Shown: piece after piece, positions 13,542 through 26,076 of the stretch | How positions within the stretch are numbered: the stretch's first letter is position 1 | How the letters are laid out: every line of letters starts with the position of its first letter | Origin: Macrostomum lignano | Taxonomy: Eukaryota | Assembly (NCBI GenBank): GCA_002269645.1 | Contig: NIVC01003215.1 | Coordinates: 46,614-110,613 of the forward strand | DNA length: 64,000 nucleotides | Direction of reading: 5' to 3' | Program-made: the position numbers and the translations under genes | Notes under the pieces: generated by a model | The model's database searches: none | Seen by the model: only the letters and a program-made list of their open reading frames with translations | What the model was told of the DNA's origin: nothing

Positions 13542-13826
13542 ATGAGCGCCCTGTCTAGCACTGCTCGCTACCAGTTCATCTACGCGCTGCCATCGCGACT
13601 GCAGGCTCCAGCCGAGCAGCCAGCAGCTGCGGCGGCGGCCGCCACAGTGGCAATGATCGGCAGGCGGCACCAGTTCTGCTGCCGAGACGGTTGTAGCAAT
13701 TTAGCCGTGAGCGATCCGCGCTGGGACTGGGAGTACTGCTCAGCCGACTGCTGCCTGGCTCACGTTGATGAAGTTCGCAGTCTGTTTGTTGAGCTTAATA
13801 ACAGCGGCGATATGAACAAGATTTAG
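13542..13826 (+). CDS. 94-aa protein consisting of a TOX4-type C-terminal Cys-rich module
   Basis: CCRDGCSNLAVSDPRWDWEYCSADCCLAHVDEVRSLF matches the remembered TOX4 C-terminal pattern CxRxGCxN....DWDxEYCSxECVVxHCRDVF. There is an in-frame TGA upstream (13518-13520), an acceptor at 13499 and AATAAA at about 13986. Confidence 0.7.
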   Translation: MSALSSTARYQFIYALPSRLQAPAEQPAAAAAAATVAMIGRRHQFCCRDGCSNLAVSDPRWDWEYCSADCCLAHVDEVRSLFVELNNSGDMNKI

Positions 13827-14227
13827 CAGTTTTTATTTTCGATATGATGCGTCAGCTCGTACTCTCGCTAAAGGCAGCCATCAGTTATCAGAATTACTTT
13901 CATAATTTCTCTGCTTGTACAGTGAAATGAAATCTATGAGCTAGGTTTTTACTACGGTACCAGTGCTGTTTGTAGTGTTGATTGTAATAAACAAAAGAAT
14001 TTTGCATTTTTATCATAAAGCAGCTCATATACAAGTAAGTGTTGAAACTAGTTACTACAATTAAAGCTTTGTGGCCTATGTGGTTTATGCGTCTGCCTTC
14101 TAAACATTCTTTTCAAGCAGTTTATATTTTAATAAAAATTTGATTCGCCTCTTTTATTTCTGTTCCTAACTTCTTATCTGATCTTTACTGATTTTTTCCA
14201 GGGTCCATAAATAACTGATCTCTTAGC

Positions 14228-14740
14228 TAAGACAGATAAGCCAGGCACCCAACTGTACATTGGGGCAGATAAGCCAGGCACTCAACTGTATATTGGGGCA
14301 GATAAGCCAGGCACTCAACTGTATATTGGGGCAGATAAGCCAGGCACTCAACTGTATATTGGGGCAGATAAGCCAGGCACTCAACTGTATATTGGGGCAG
14401 ATAAGCCAGGCACCCAACTGTATATTGGGGCAGATAAGCCAGGCACCCAACTGTATATTGGGGCAGATAAGCCAGGCACCCAACTGTATATTGGGGCAGA
14501 TAAGCCAGGCACTCAACTGTATATTGGGGCAGATAAGCCAGGCACTCAACTGTATATTGGGGCAGATAAGCCAGGCAGTCAACTGTATATTGGGGCAGAT
14601 AAGCCAGGCACCCAACTGTATATTGGGGCAGATAAGCCAGGCACCCAACTGTATATTGGGGCAGATAAGCCAGGCACCCAACTGTATATTGGGGCAGATA
14701 AGCCAGGCACCCAACTGTGTATTGGGGCAGATAAGCCAGC
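14228..14740. repeat. 33-bp minisatellite (GGGGCAGATAAGCCAGGCACCCAACTGTATATT)n, probably in a CNOT6 5'-UTR intron
   Basis: About 15 units between a GTAAGT donor (about 14035) and a TTTTGCAG acceptor (14765). Confidence 0.93.
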
Positions 14741-14866
14741 AATTCAGAGAGCAGCAATTTTGCAGCCGGGCAAACCGCAGCAGCCCAGTTTAACCGCCGC
14801 CGCACAGACAAGCGCAAGACAGGAAGGAAGACGCATCAGCCAGCAGGTGAACGCGGTGGACAGACG

Positions 14867-17800
14867 ATGCACAGGAAGCGCAAATGGGAGCAGGGCCGGG
14901 CCAGCAGGCAGGTGCAATTCCTCACTGCGGAGGACCGCGAAACCGGCGGCAAGGCCTGCTGGGACCAGCTGGAAATTGTCGGCAATGTGAAAATATTCCC
15001 GCCCGGCCTGTGCTGCATGACCTACCTGCGCTACCTGTACATGTCACACAACAAAATCAGCGTCATCCCCAGCCAGATTTCCCAGTTGAAGAATCTCGTT
15101 CACCTGGACCTGTCCTTCAATATGATCAAGATTCTGCCGCCGGAGATTGGCGAACTCACTGAGCTTAAGGAGCTCTACCTGCAGAACAACCAAATCAGAG
15201 CTCTGCCCATGCAGATTGGCCGCCTGTTCCAGCTCACCACCCTTAATCTGAATCACAATCCGCTTAGTCCGGACATCTCTCAGCTTTACAATGCTGAGAC
15301 TACTCAGAATATGCTCAGCTGGTTTCTGGATAGCGAAGGTATTATTAGAGTCTTGGCTGGTTCAATCTGTGCATTTTTTACTTAGACTGAAACTGAAACT
15401 ACTGAAAATTTACTGAGAAAATCATTTCTAAGAGAGCTCCTATCATCAAGTAAGAATAGCATGGAATAAGCTTCTCTCTAAGAACCCCGCTTATTCAAAT
15501 TAGAAGTCCATCGTAGAAATTGCATATCTATTCAACTTAAAGTCCCCCCCCCCTGCCTAGATTAAACTATCGCCCATGGTACCTGTATTTCTAAGAAAAC
15601 CGAAATCGCACCACAGGATTCGCCATGCCGCCGCCGCCCAGCCGAAACTGGCGGTACCTGCGCAATCCCAACGACACCAGCGATGGAATGGCCTTCACGC
15701 TCATGTGCTACAACGTACTGTGCGAAGGCTACGCCACTAAGAAGCAGTACCCCTACTGTCCGTCCTGGGCGCTGCAGTGGGAGTACCGGAGACGCGGCAT
15801 TATGGATGAGATTCGTGTCTACCAGGCTGATATTCTCTGTCTGCAGGTGCGCCTTTGCTTTATTCAGTTGGTTTGCTACCTTCCTTAGGTGCTCAGGTCG
15901 CCACATTTCCAGATGATCAGGTCACCACACTACCAGGTGCTCAGTTTGTTACCCTGCAAGATCCACATTCCCAGGTGTGGTCAGGTCGCCACACTCCCAG
16001 TTGGTCACATTCCCAGGTGTGGTCAGGTCGCCACACTCCCAGTTGGTCACATTCCCAGGTGTGGTCAGATCGCCACATTCCCAGTTGGTCACATTCCCAG
16101 GTGTGGTCAGGTCGCCACACTCCCAGTTGGTCACATTCCCAGGTGTGGTCAGGTCGCCACACTCCCAGTTGGTCACATTCCCAGGTGTGGTCAGGTCGCC
16201 ACACTCCCAGTTGGTCACATTCCCAGGTGTGGTCAGGTCGCCACACTCCCAGTTGGTCACATTTCCAGGTGTGGTCAGGTCGCCACACTCCCAGTTGGTC
16301 ACATTCCCAGGTGTGGTCAGGTCGCCACACTCCCAGTTGGTCACATTCCCAGGTGTGGTCAGATCGCCACACTCCCAGTTGGTCACATTCCCAGGTGTGG
16401 TCAGATCGCCACACTCCCAGTTGGTCACATTCCCAGGTGTGGTCAGATCGCCACACTCCCAGTTGGTCACATTCCCAGGTGTGGTCAGGTCGCCACACTC
16501 CCAGTTGGTCACATTCCCAGGTGTGGTCAGATCGCCACACTCCCAGTTGGTCACATTCCCAGGTGTGGTCAGGTCGCCACACTCCCAGTTGGTCACATTC
16601 CCAGGTGTGGTCAGATCGCCACACTCCCAGTTGGCCACATTCCCAGGTGTGGTCAGATCGCCACACTCCCAGTTGGTCACATTCCCAGGTGTGGTCAGAT
16701 CGCCACATTCCCAGTTGGTCACATTCCCAGGTGTGGTCAGATCGCCACACTCCCAGTTGGTCACATTCCCAGGTGTGGTCAGGTCGCCACACTCCCAGTT
16801 GGTCACATTCCCAGGTGTGGTCAGGTCGCCACACTCCCAGTTGGTCACATTCCCAGGTGTGGTCAGGTCGCCACACTCCCAGTTGGTCACATTCCCAGGT
16901 GTGGTCAGGTCGCCACATTCCCAGGTGTGGTCAGGTCGCCACATTTCCTATGGTCGCTCTGCATTGACCCAACCCTTTCATTGATATTTGGTTCAAAGGT
17001 TATTCCAGTTAAATGGCATTAATTCAGTTGCTATGCAGCCAGCCCCATCACTCCAGCCTCCCCCCGCCCGCAGGAGGTGGAGACCGAGCAGTTCTCGGTG
17101 TTCTTCAAGCCCGAGCTGGCCAAAAGCGGCTATGACGGCATCTTTAGCGCGAAGAGCCGCGCCAAGACGATGTCGGCAAGCGAGAGCAAGTACGTCGACG
17201 GGGTGGCCATCTTCTGGAAGAAAGAGCGCTTCAATCTCATCAAAGAGGACGTCATCGAGTTCTCGCGCATGGCTGTTGAACGCTACGAGAAGGATTGCAA
17301 GGTTGGCTGCTCAGATGTTTGAAAGTTCTTTCTGACGTACCCATTGTCACCGGGTATCCCTCTAATCACCTACCTGTGTCACCGGGTCTCCCTCTAATCA
17401 CCCACCTGTGTCACCGGGTCTTTCTCTAATCGCCTACCTGTGTCATCATCGGGTCTCCCTCTAATCACCTACCTGTGTTACCGGGTCTCCCTCTAATCAC
17501 CTACCTGTGTCACCGGGTCTTTCTCTAATCACCTACCTGTGTCATCATCGGGTCTCCCTCTAATCACCTACCTGTGTTACCGGGTCTCCCTCTAATCACC
17601 TACCTGTGTCACCGGGTCTCTAATCACCTACCTGTGTCATCGAGTCTCTAATCACCTACCTGTGTCATCGAGTCTCTAATCACCTACCTGTGTCATCGAG
17701 TCTCTAATCACCTACCTGTGTCATCGAGTCTCTAATCACCTACCTGTGTCATTGAGTCTCTAATCACCTACCTGTGTCATCGAGTCTCTAATCACCTACC

Positions 17801-19254
17801 TGTGTCATCGAGTCTCTAATCACCTACCTGTGTCATCGAGTCTCTAATCACCTACCTGTGTCATTGAGTCTCTAATCACCTACCTGTGTCATCGAGTCTC
17901 TAATCACCTACCTGTGTCATCGAGTCTCTAATCACCTACCTATGTCATCGAGTCTCTAATCACCTACCTGTGTCATCGAGTCTCTAATCACCTACCTGTG
18001 TCATCGAGTCTCTAATCACCTACCTGTGTCATCGAGTCTCTAATCACCTACCTGTGTCATCGAGTCTCTTAATCACCTACCTGTGTCATCGAGTCTCTAA
18101 TCACCTACCTGTGTCATCGAGTCTCTAATCACCTACCTGTGTCATCCAGCCTCACTTCAATCGCCATCTGCCAGGATAATCACGAAATGATCAACCGAGT
18201 GATGGTGAAGGACAACATCGCCCTGATGGCCATCTTTGAAGTGAAGGATGAGGTGTCGGCCCAGAGCCGCCAGCTGGTGGTGTCCACCGCGCACATTCAC
18301 TGGGACCCGGAGTACTCCGACGTGAAGGTGATCCAGTCCATCATGCTGCTCTCCGCACTGTGGAAGAAGATCGAAGATCACATGCTGCAGCAGCGGCCAG
18401 GCGTTGAATCTGTTGACGTCACCAGCATGCCGTTGATCATCTGCGGCGACTTCAACTCGCTGCCGGAGTCTGGTGAGCCCCCCCCCCCAGTTATCCAATA
18501 TTCTAATAGCATACTCGTACAAGTGGCCAGAAGATGCCACACAGTGCATTTAATCAAGCTAATTTTATAAATGTATCGCGATTCAAAAGTAATAAAAACT
18601 CGATATAGTCTACTGTTTTGTAGAAATCTAGAGTAGGCAAGTAGCGAATTTTAATACCGTTATTTGTTAGTTATATTTGAAGATGCATAAAAAATTTCCT
18701 TTGTATAATACGATCTTTACAGCTGAGGGTTTTTTAGTTGTTTAGTTGCAGAAGGCTTTTGAGGCTCCGAGCTTGTGATGCCTTAAGCTTGTGAAGCGCC
18801 CACTCAAAAACAAGTGCATAAGCGGGTATTTTTCCTTTCGCTCACCCCAGGTGTGTTCGAATACCTGGCCACCGGTAAGATCAACAAGTCCCATCCCGAC
18901 TTCAAGGAGCTGGGCTACGAGAACATCCTTGACAAGCTGACGCCGCACCGGTCTCAGCACCATCCCGAGCTGCTTGAGCACGATTTGAATCTGGTTCGCT
19001 GCTACGACCAGGAGGTCGGCATGCGGTACACCAACTACACGTACGATTTCCGCGGCGTCATTGACTACATCTTCTTCACCGGCGCCCACTTCAGCAACAT
19101 CGGCTGCTTGGATATGATCCCGGAGACCTGGTTCACCGAGCACAACATCCTCGGCTGTCCGCATCCGCACATCTCGTCTGATCATTTCTCGCTGCTAGTT
19201 GAGCTCGAGCTCAAGCCGGAGCAGCAGCAGCAAAGAGATCTCGTTAGAAAATAG
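14867..19254 (+). CDS. CNOT6: CCR4-NOT deadenylase subunit CCR4/CNOT6; 5 exons (14867-15338, 15617-15846, 17074-17301, 18175-18472, 18851-19254), about 543 aa
   Basis: N-terminal LRRs, then an EEP nuclease domain with MCYNVLC, YPYCPSWALQWEYRR, CLQEVETEQF, HIHWDPEYSDVK, ICGDFNSLPESG, YTNYTYDFRGVIDYIF and GCPHPHISSDHFSL. All four introns are GT-AG and frame-compatible. Confidence 0.96.
15960..16945. repeat. 42-bp minisatellite in CNOT6 intron 2
   Basis: Unit ATTCCCAGGTGTGGTCAGGTCGCCACACTCCCAGTTGGTCAC, about 23 copies. Causes the 14-aa periodic ORFs. Confidence 0.95.
17345..18146. repeat. 28-bp minisatellite (with longer variants at its 5' end) in CNOT6 intron 3
   Basis: Unit CGAGTCTCTAATCACCTACCTGTGTCAT read directly. 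Confidence 0.95.
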
Positions 19255-20419
19255 GCCAATCTATCTTTTGGAAATTCGTAGCATCCTTGGTGTAGCTGTG
19301 AGGTCGAGCCACTCGGTAGGGAGTTTGTGTGATTGAAGAACAAGTGATATTTTTGCCTTAGTAACCTGTTTTATCCGTTTGCTTACTTATCCCCCCCCCA
19401 ATAGGTTTCTAACTTCCCAGACAATTTAGTGTTTTAATCTATTAGCCTCTTATTCTGTGTCTTATCTCCTTAGTCCCGCGGTTTTACGTCACTCAAATCA
19501 GTTTTTTTAGGCCCCGCTATTCTGAAAAATTTATATTTAAATAATTTATTAATATTCTCAGCTCTGCCGTTACTTTTCATCCTGATTTTATTATCAGGGC
19601 AGTATTCGCTAGCAATATAATACTACTATCATATACTACTATCATGCAGCGGGCAGTCGGAAATTGTGTTTAATTCAGCCGCATTGCACCGGTGCCTCCC
19701 AGTCTCTTTCTGCGCTTCCTGCCTTTCCTGTGGTTTTAGTGCTTCAACTAGATAAATTAATAGTTATATATTATAATTCAATGCGCTAGGATACTACTGC
19801 GTACTGATTTGTCGGACAGTAGTGTAGCGCGCGCGTTCATTCGTATTCTGGCAATGTAACCAGACAGTCTATCTAAGCTCTTTCTACTTCATATATAATT
19901 ATTACATATTTAATAATTGTACACTTCACCGCGCCTTACTGTACCGTATTTACCTGCCTTTAATATATAATATATTCATATATGTGCAATTACTAACTAC
20001 TATATAATATAATAAGCCCCTGTAACCCCAAGAGAGCTTTCTGTTAGCTGCAGTATTGAATCAGGTTACTACTAATAAATGACTCAAACATTTTCCTATT
20101 CAATTTCAACCCCAGGTTTTCGGTCTGACTGTCCGGCTGCTAGTTTAGTCTTTGTTTCTTTCACCTTTAATTGCTTGAATTTGCTTCATCTACGACATGA
20201 TAGGCAATCCATACTATTATATATATTATTCTACTAGTATTATATACATTTTATTGACCTGCGCCAGCGGCAATGGCAAATACACTGAATTAGAGCTGAT
20301 TTTGTGCGCGATCTCATGGCGTCATTTTCTTGATTGCTGACCTGCTTCGCTTTTTGCTCTGTTCGATCGCTATGAGCTTTGATAGTTAAATAATTATCTC
20401 CCACTGACAATATGATATT

Positions 20420-20595
20420 GTCCTTCAGTGCCACCCCAGCCTGTCCTTCAGTGCCAGCCCTGTCTGTCCTTCAGTGCCACCCCTGCCTGTCCTTCAGTGC
20501 CACCCCTGCCTGTCCTTCAGTGCCACCCCAGCCTGTCCTTCAGTGCCACCCCAACCTGTCCTTCAGTGCCAGCCCAGCCTGTCCTTCAGTGCCAG
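20420..20595. repeat. 23-bp minisatellite with CCTGTCCTTCAGTGCC core, upstream of caspase exon 1
   Basis: About 7 units read directly. Confidence 0.9.
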
Positions 20596-20679
20596 AGTCA
20601 AGCAGTCAGTCCAGTTCGCTGACCCCCGAGCTCACACACGGGTGCATTTGGGGATATATGATTCTAGCCAAATTATTTC

Positions 20680-23600
20680 ATGGACCGCCAGACTCTTGAC
20701 GATGACGACTTGGTGCCGGCGCCGCTGATGCCCCGCCGTCGGGCCTTCCCCGCCGCCGCTGATGCCAACTCCGACGATAAAGCAGCGAACGATTTGGCCG
20801 ACGGCGGCGGCCCGAGGTCTGCTGCGGCCGCGGCGGCCTCCAACTGGCTGTCCAACAATGATCCGCAGTTTGCCGCTGTCGGACCCGGCGGCGGCGGCAG
20901 GCCGGCAGCTCAGCGGAAAAAGGCCGCCGCTGCAACAGCTACTGCTGGTGAGCGCTACTGATGTCTGCAGTCCCGTCTCAACCATTAATTATCAGTATAA
21001 AAAACCAATGCATTTTTTAAATATCGGCTTTTACTAACATTTCTAACCCTAACCCTTACCCTAATCGGCCCCCTGGCCCTAATCCTAACCCTAATCCTAA
21101 CCCTAATCCTTACCCTAATCTTAATCCTAACTCTAATAGGTACACTAATCCTAATCCTTACCGTTATCCTAATCCTAAATTACCCTAATCCTAACTCTAA
21201 TCCTAACCCTAATCCTAATCCTAATTCTTACCCTAATCCTAGCCCTAATCCTAACTATTGCCTAAATAGCCGGTAATCGTGTACCGAGCTCCCCGACCCT
21301 TCGGGCATGAGTCGCTTAACAGTAGAAAGACCACGCTACGAGCTATTTTTCCCCATGGGGAAAGACCACGGGGGTGTATTACAAATACACACGACCCATT
21401 TCACGATAGCTCGCAAACCGAATTACCGATTTTCGTAAAAGTCCACCATATGGATCAAAATTTTCCACCCTTTCCGACGAACTAACTTTCAAAGTCATCC
21501 GACGTCAGCAACATCGAGATATTCAACGATTCTTGTCAAAGACACTGGTGGCAAGGACAACTAACACTACACTGTATAAAAATTTATGGTGAATCCATAT
21601 TGGCTCAATAATCTGGGTCCATCTGTCATAGAGGCCTTTTTTTCTCAGCATCCCAGGCACCTTAGCTCCTCAGAAAACCGGAATTCGCTCGTGTGTGGAG
21701 CCATGGTTTGAGTTGAATTCTTGAGATCGGCTGGCAGGCCACCACGAGTGCGCATCACTGTTCCAAGAAACGTGAATCCCATTTCTCGGTACAAGTGATT
21801 GGCCAGCGCAGGGACTCGAGAAGAATCTGTCACATGTGATGCTGTACCAGTGTCCTCTGAATGGATCAGCCAAGTGGCAAACAACTTGCCTACCACTCCA
21901 CACCTCTGAGCCCTTGGCCAGCCGAGCATCGGATTCCTGTGATGCAAAAGTAGTGGACAGCATTGTTCCTTTGCCAGTGCAGATTTCCGCATTGAACTCA
22001 TAGCGGATGTCCATGTCATCCTGAATCTCTGGATTTCCAGCCGATGTCAGCAGGAACAGCTTGGCACCATTGCGACCGTTAGGGGCCAAGCCCGGAGCCC
22101 GCGGCAGTTTTCGAGAACTGCACCGCGGTGTTGAACTTCCTCGGGAAGGCGGGCGTGATCTGACGCCCGGTGCCATGGGCCCTGGCCCGAGCGCGCCCGA
22201 ATGGAAGAAGAAGAAGAAGAAGACCGGGCTTCTCCCTCAGAAAGACCGTGAAGTCACACTGTCACAGTTCACACCCCAGTAGACAACCAGAGTTTCGTCG
22301 ACGCAGAGGTACGGCCCGGAAAGGACAGGATGGCGCAGCTGACTGACAAAGGTGTCCCACAGGCATCGGATGCCGTAGAGCTTGTCCGTTGTGGCAGTCC
22401 GCTGACGATGTTCGGCAGTTTCGAATTTACATGGTGCAAAAGCACTGTATAATACGCAAACATGCCTGGTTTGGTGCCTTGCTAAAAAATCACGATGTTG
22501 GCGGTGCCAGCTCGTCGGGGCCGCAAGGTGGCACTCCATTGAAGGTCCCGAAGGTCGCCTGTATGTCTACAGGTCAGCCTAGAGGGTGGCCATCGTCCAT
22601 TTCATTCACCAATTGTGTCTACTGACTGAATGCTGCATGCAGACGAGGATTCTTCCATTTCAATTTTGGGAACGCAGCTGTCTCTGAGATGCCGATCGGG
22701 TGCTTTTGTTGAAGTTCCCGACAGTCGCCGCCGATGCTCCAGACGGTGATGAAGGGGACCCTGGTGCCTGGGATGCTGAGAGAAAAAGTCCCTGCGCCTG
22801 ATATGCATAGTTTGTTGAGCCGACGTGGTTTCATGATGAGATTTTGTGAGCAGAAAAAATTTGCCAATTTTGGCGGTTTTTGCCACCAGACACCCCGAGG
22901 AGAATCGTTGAATATCTCGACGATGCCGATTTTTCGTGATCCTCGAAGTTGCTTCATCGAATAGAGCGGAAATTTTAGCCCGTGTTCAGGATTTTCATGG
23001 CAATTCGTTTAATGTTTTTGGAGATCCAGACAAAGGAAAAATGTGTGTATTTGAAATACACCCCCCATGGTATTTCTACTGTTAGCAGGCCACAGGCCAC
23101 ATAACATGCACAAGTGCAAAATTAATGCGTCTGAAGGAATCGAACCCGGGGAGTCGCACGCGTCACCGATGAGCTGCCCTGTTGTGATAAACTCTGTAGC
23201 CAGAGTCTCCCCCATCATTTGCCAGCGGTCGGCCAAAACTGCCAGCAGCAGCAGCAGCAGCAGGAATCTTCTCAGTTCGTCTACAACATGCGCCACCCCT
23301 GCCGCGGCTACTGCCTGATAGTGAACAACTACGAGTTCGATGCCAGCACTAAAATGAGCGCCCGCAGCGGCACCGCCAGCGATCTGGCCGTGTTGCGCGA
23401 GTCCTTCAGACGGCTGCAGTTCCAGGTAAGGCGCCAATGTGTGGAATGCAGATTCTGAACCATCGTGCCAGCCTCCAGCCCTCTAGTGCGCCTTGACACC
23501 TCCTGCCTGTCCTTCAGTGCCGTTGCGACACCTCCTTCCTGTCCTTCAGTGCCCCTCCGACACCTCCTTCCTGTCCTTCAGTGCCCCTTGACACCTCCTG

Positions 23601-26074
23601 CCTGTCCTTCAGTGCCGTTGCGACACCCCCTGCCTGTCCTTCAGCCGCTCCGACACCTGAAGTCTTTCCGTACACTTATCCTTCAGTGCACTCATTAGTC
23701 TCGTGAACTGCAAATTCCAACCGAGTGTGCATCAATTCTCCCATATTTTGTGACCCCGCTGGCCAGCTTGTCATAGTGGAGAACGTGCGCTGCGGCCAGC
23801 TCCTGTCCCTCTGCTCCCAGCTGGCTGCTCAGGACCACAGCCAGGCAGACTGTTTCGCCGCTGTGCTCATGTCCCACGGCGAGCCCGACCAGATCTACGG
23901 CACCGACGGCCTGCTGCGGGTCGACGAGATTCTGGCCAGGTTTCGCGGCGATGTCTGTCCGGGATTGGCCGGTGCGTGTCCGGTTGTGGGTGTTTGGATA
24001 CCTGGCCTGGGTCTTTGTTGGGAATGAGGATGGGCAGGGACTCAATGTGTGGGTCTTTGAGGCTGGGCAGGGACTCAATGTGTGGGCCTGTTGGAAATGG
24101 GGCTGGGCAGGGCTTTGTTGGGAATGGGGCTGGGCAGGGACTCAAGGCCTGGGTCTTTGTTGGGAATGGGGCTGGGCAGGGACTCAAGGCCTGGGTCTTT
24201 GTTGGGAATGGGGCTGGGCAGGGACTCAAGGCCTGGGTCTTTGTTGGGAATGGGGCTGGGCAGGGACTCAAGGCCTGGGTCTTTGTTGGGAATGGGGCTG
24301 GGCAGGGACTCAAGGTGTGGGTCTTTGTTGGGAATGAGGCCGGGCAGGGACTCAAGGCCTGCGTCTTTGTTGGGAATGGGGCTGGGCAGGGACTCAAAGC
24401 CTGGGTCTTTGTTGGGAATGGGGCTGGGCAGGGACTCAAGGTGTGGGTCTTTGTTGGGAATGAGGCCGGGCAGGGACTCAAGGCCTGGGTCTTTGTTGGG
24501 AATGGGGCTGGGCAGGGACTCAAGGCCTGGGTCTTTGTTGGGAATGGGGCTGGGCAGGGACTCAAGGCCTGGGTCTTTGTTGGGAATGGGGCTGGGCAGG
24601 GACTCAAGGCCTGGGTCTTTGTTGGGAATGAGGCCGGGCAGGGACTCAAGGCCTGGGTCTTTGTTGGGAATGAGGCCGGGCAGGGACTCAAGGCCTGGGT
24701 CTTTGTTGGGAATGGGGCTGGGCAGGGACTCAAGGCCTGGGTCTTTGTTGGGAATGGGGCTGGGCAGGGACTCAAGGCCTGGGTCTTTGTTGGGAATGAG
24801 GCCGGGCAGGGACTCAAGGCCTGGGTCTTTGTTGGGAATGGGGCTGGGCAGGGACTCAAGGCCTGGGTCTTTGTTGGGAATGGGGCTGGGCAGGGACTCA
24901 AGGTGTGGGTCTTTGTTGGGAATGAGGCCGGGCAGGGACTCAAGGCCTGGGTCTTTGTTGGGAATGGGGCTGGGCAGGGACTCAAGGCCTGGGTCTTTGT
25001 TGGGAATGGGGCTGGGCAGGGACTCAAGGCCTGGGTCTTTGTTGGGAATGGGGCTGGGCAGGGACTCAAGGTGTGGGTCTTTGTTGGGAATGAGGCCGGG
25101 CAGGGACTCAAGGCCTGGGTCTTTGTTGGGAATGGGGCTGGGCAGGGACTCAAGGCCTGGGTCTTTGTTGGGAATGGGGCTGGGCAGGGACTCAAGGCCT
25201 GGGTCTTTGTTGGAATGAGGCTGGGCAGGGACTCAAGGCCTGGGTCTTTGTTGGGAATGGGGCTGGGCAGGGACTCAAGGTGTGGGTCTTTGTTGGGAAT
25301 GAGGCCGGGCAGGGACTCAAGGTGTGGGTCTTTGTTGGGAATGAGGCTGGGCAGGGACTCAAGGCCTGGGTCTTTGTTGGGAATGGGGCTGGGCAGGGAC
25401 TCAAGGGGTGGGTCTTTGTTCGGAATGGGGCTGGGCAGGGACTCAAGGTGTGGGTCTTTGTTGGGAATGGGGCTGGGCAGGGACTCAAGGCCTGGGTCTT
25501 TGTTGGGAATGGGGCTGGGCAGGGACTCAAGGTGTGGGTCTTTGTTGGGAACGGGGCTGGTTAGGGACTCAAGGTGTGGGTCTTTGCTGGGACTGCAGGC
25601 GGGAGTTTCTGTAAAAAATTCCCCAGAAATTGCAGTCCTCGCCCGCCCCGCATTCCAGGCAAGCCGAAGCTCTTCTTCCTTCAAGCGTGCCGCGGCTCGA
25701 AGTTCGACGCCGGCGTTGAGGTGCCGGACTCCGGCGCTCCATCTGACGAGGCAGACGCGGCGGCCATCGAGCAGCAGCAGAGGCGGCTGCTGCCCAGCGA
25801 GGCGGACTTCCTGGTGGCGTACTCGGTGACCCCCGGCTACTACAGCTGGCGGAACGCCGTCCACGGCTCCTGGTTCGTGCAGTCGCTCTGCCGCGGCCTG
25901 GACGAATGGGGCTACGGCGGCCGTCTGGACCTTCAGCGGCTGCTCACCCGCGTCTGCTGGCGGGTGGCCAACCTGTACGAGAGCAACGCGCGGGACCCCC
26001 TGCTGTGCCGGAAGAAGCAGGTGCCCTGCATTGTGTCCATGCTGACCAAGGAGGTGTACTTTGTGCCCAAGTGA
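20680..26074 (+). CDS. CASP3/7-like: Effector (caspase-3/7-like) caspase; 4 coding exons (20680-20947, 23226-23425, 23767-23971, 25659-26074), about 362 aa
   Basis: Y-x-M...RGYCLIVNN, RSGT..D, catalytic MSHG and GKPKLFFLQACRG, ADFLVAYS..PGYYSWRN...GSWFVQSLC, KKQVPCIVSMLTKEVYF. Short unstructured prodomain with no DED or CARD. Splice phases 1/0/1 are consistent; exon 1 is assigned by phase and position. Confidence 0.92.
21043..21265. repeat. Degenerate telomere-like (CCCTAA/CCTAAT)n tract in caspase intron 1
   Basis: CTAACCCTAATCCTAACCCTAATCC... read directly. Confidence 0.85.
21320..23081 (-). mobile_element. Decayed piggyBac DNA transposon
   Basis: TTAA|CAGTAGAAAGACCACG at the left end and CATGGTATTTCTACTG|TTAG at the right. 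Imperfect subterminal IRs (CATCGAGATATTCAACGATTCT about 21512 vs AGAATCGTTGAATATCTCGA about 22901). Frameshifted transposase pieces on -: DKLYGIRCLWDTFV...YLCVDETLV, YEFNAEICTGKG, ITCDRFFSS, FLGTVMRTRGGLP. Confidence 0.85.
23500..23690. repeat. About 32-bp minisatellite sharing the CCTGTCCTTCAGTGCC core, caspase intron 2
   Basis: Same core as 20420-20595 with a longer spacer. Confidence 0.85.
23990..25600. repeat. 42-bp G-rich minisatellite in caspase intron 3
   Basis: Unit GGGCTGGGCAGGGACTCAAGGCCTGGGTCTTTGTTGGGAATG, over 35 copies. Explains the 378-964 aa ORFs here. Confidence 0.95.
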
Positions 26075-26076
26075 CT

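Noticed and set aside
15855-17022. Five 325-377 aa ORFs
   Set aside because: All are frames of the intronic 42-bp array.
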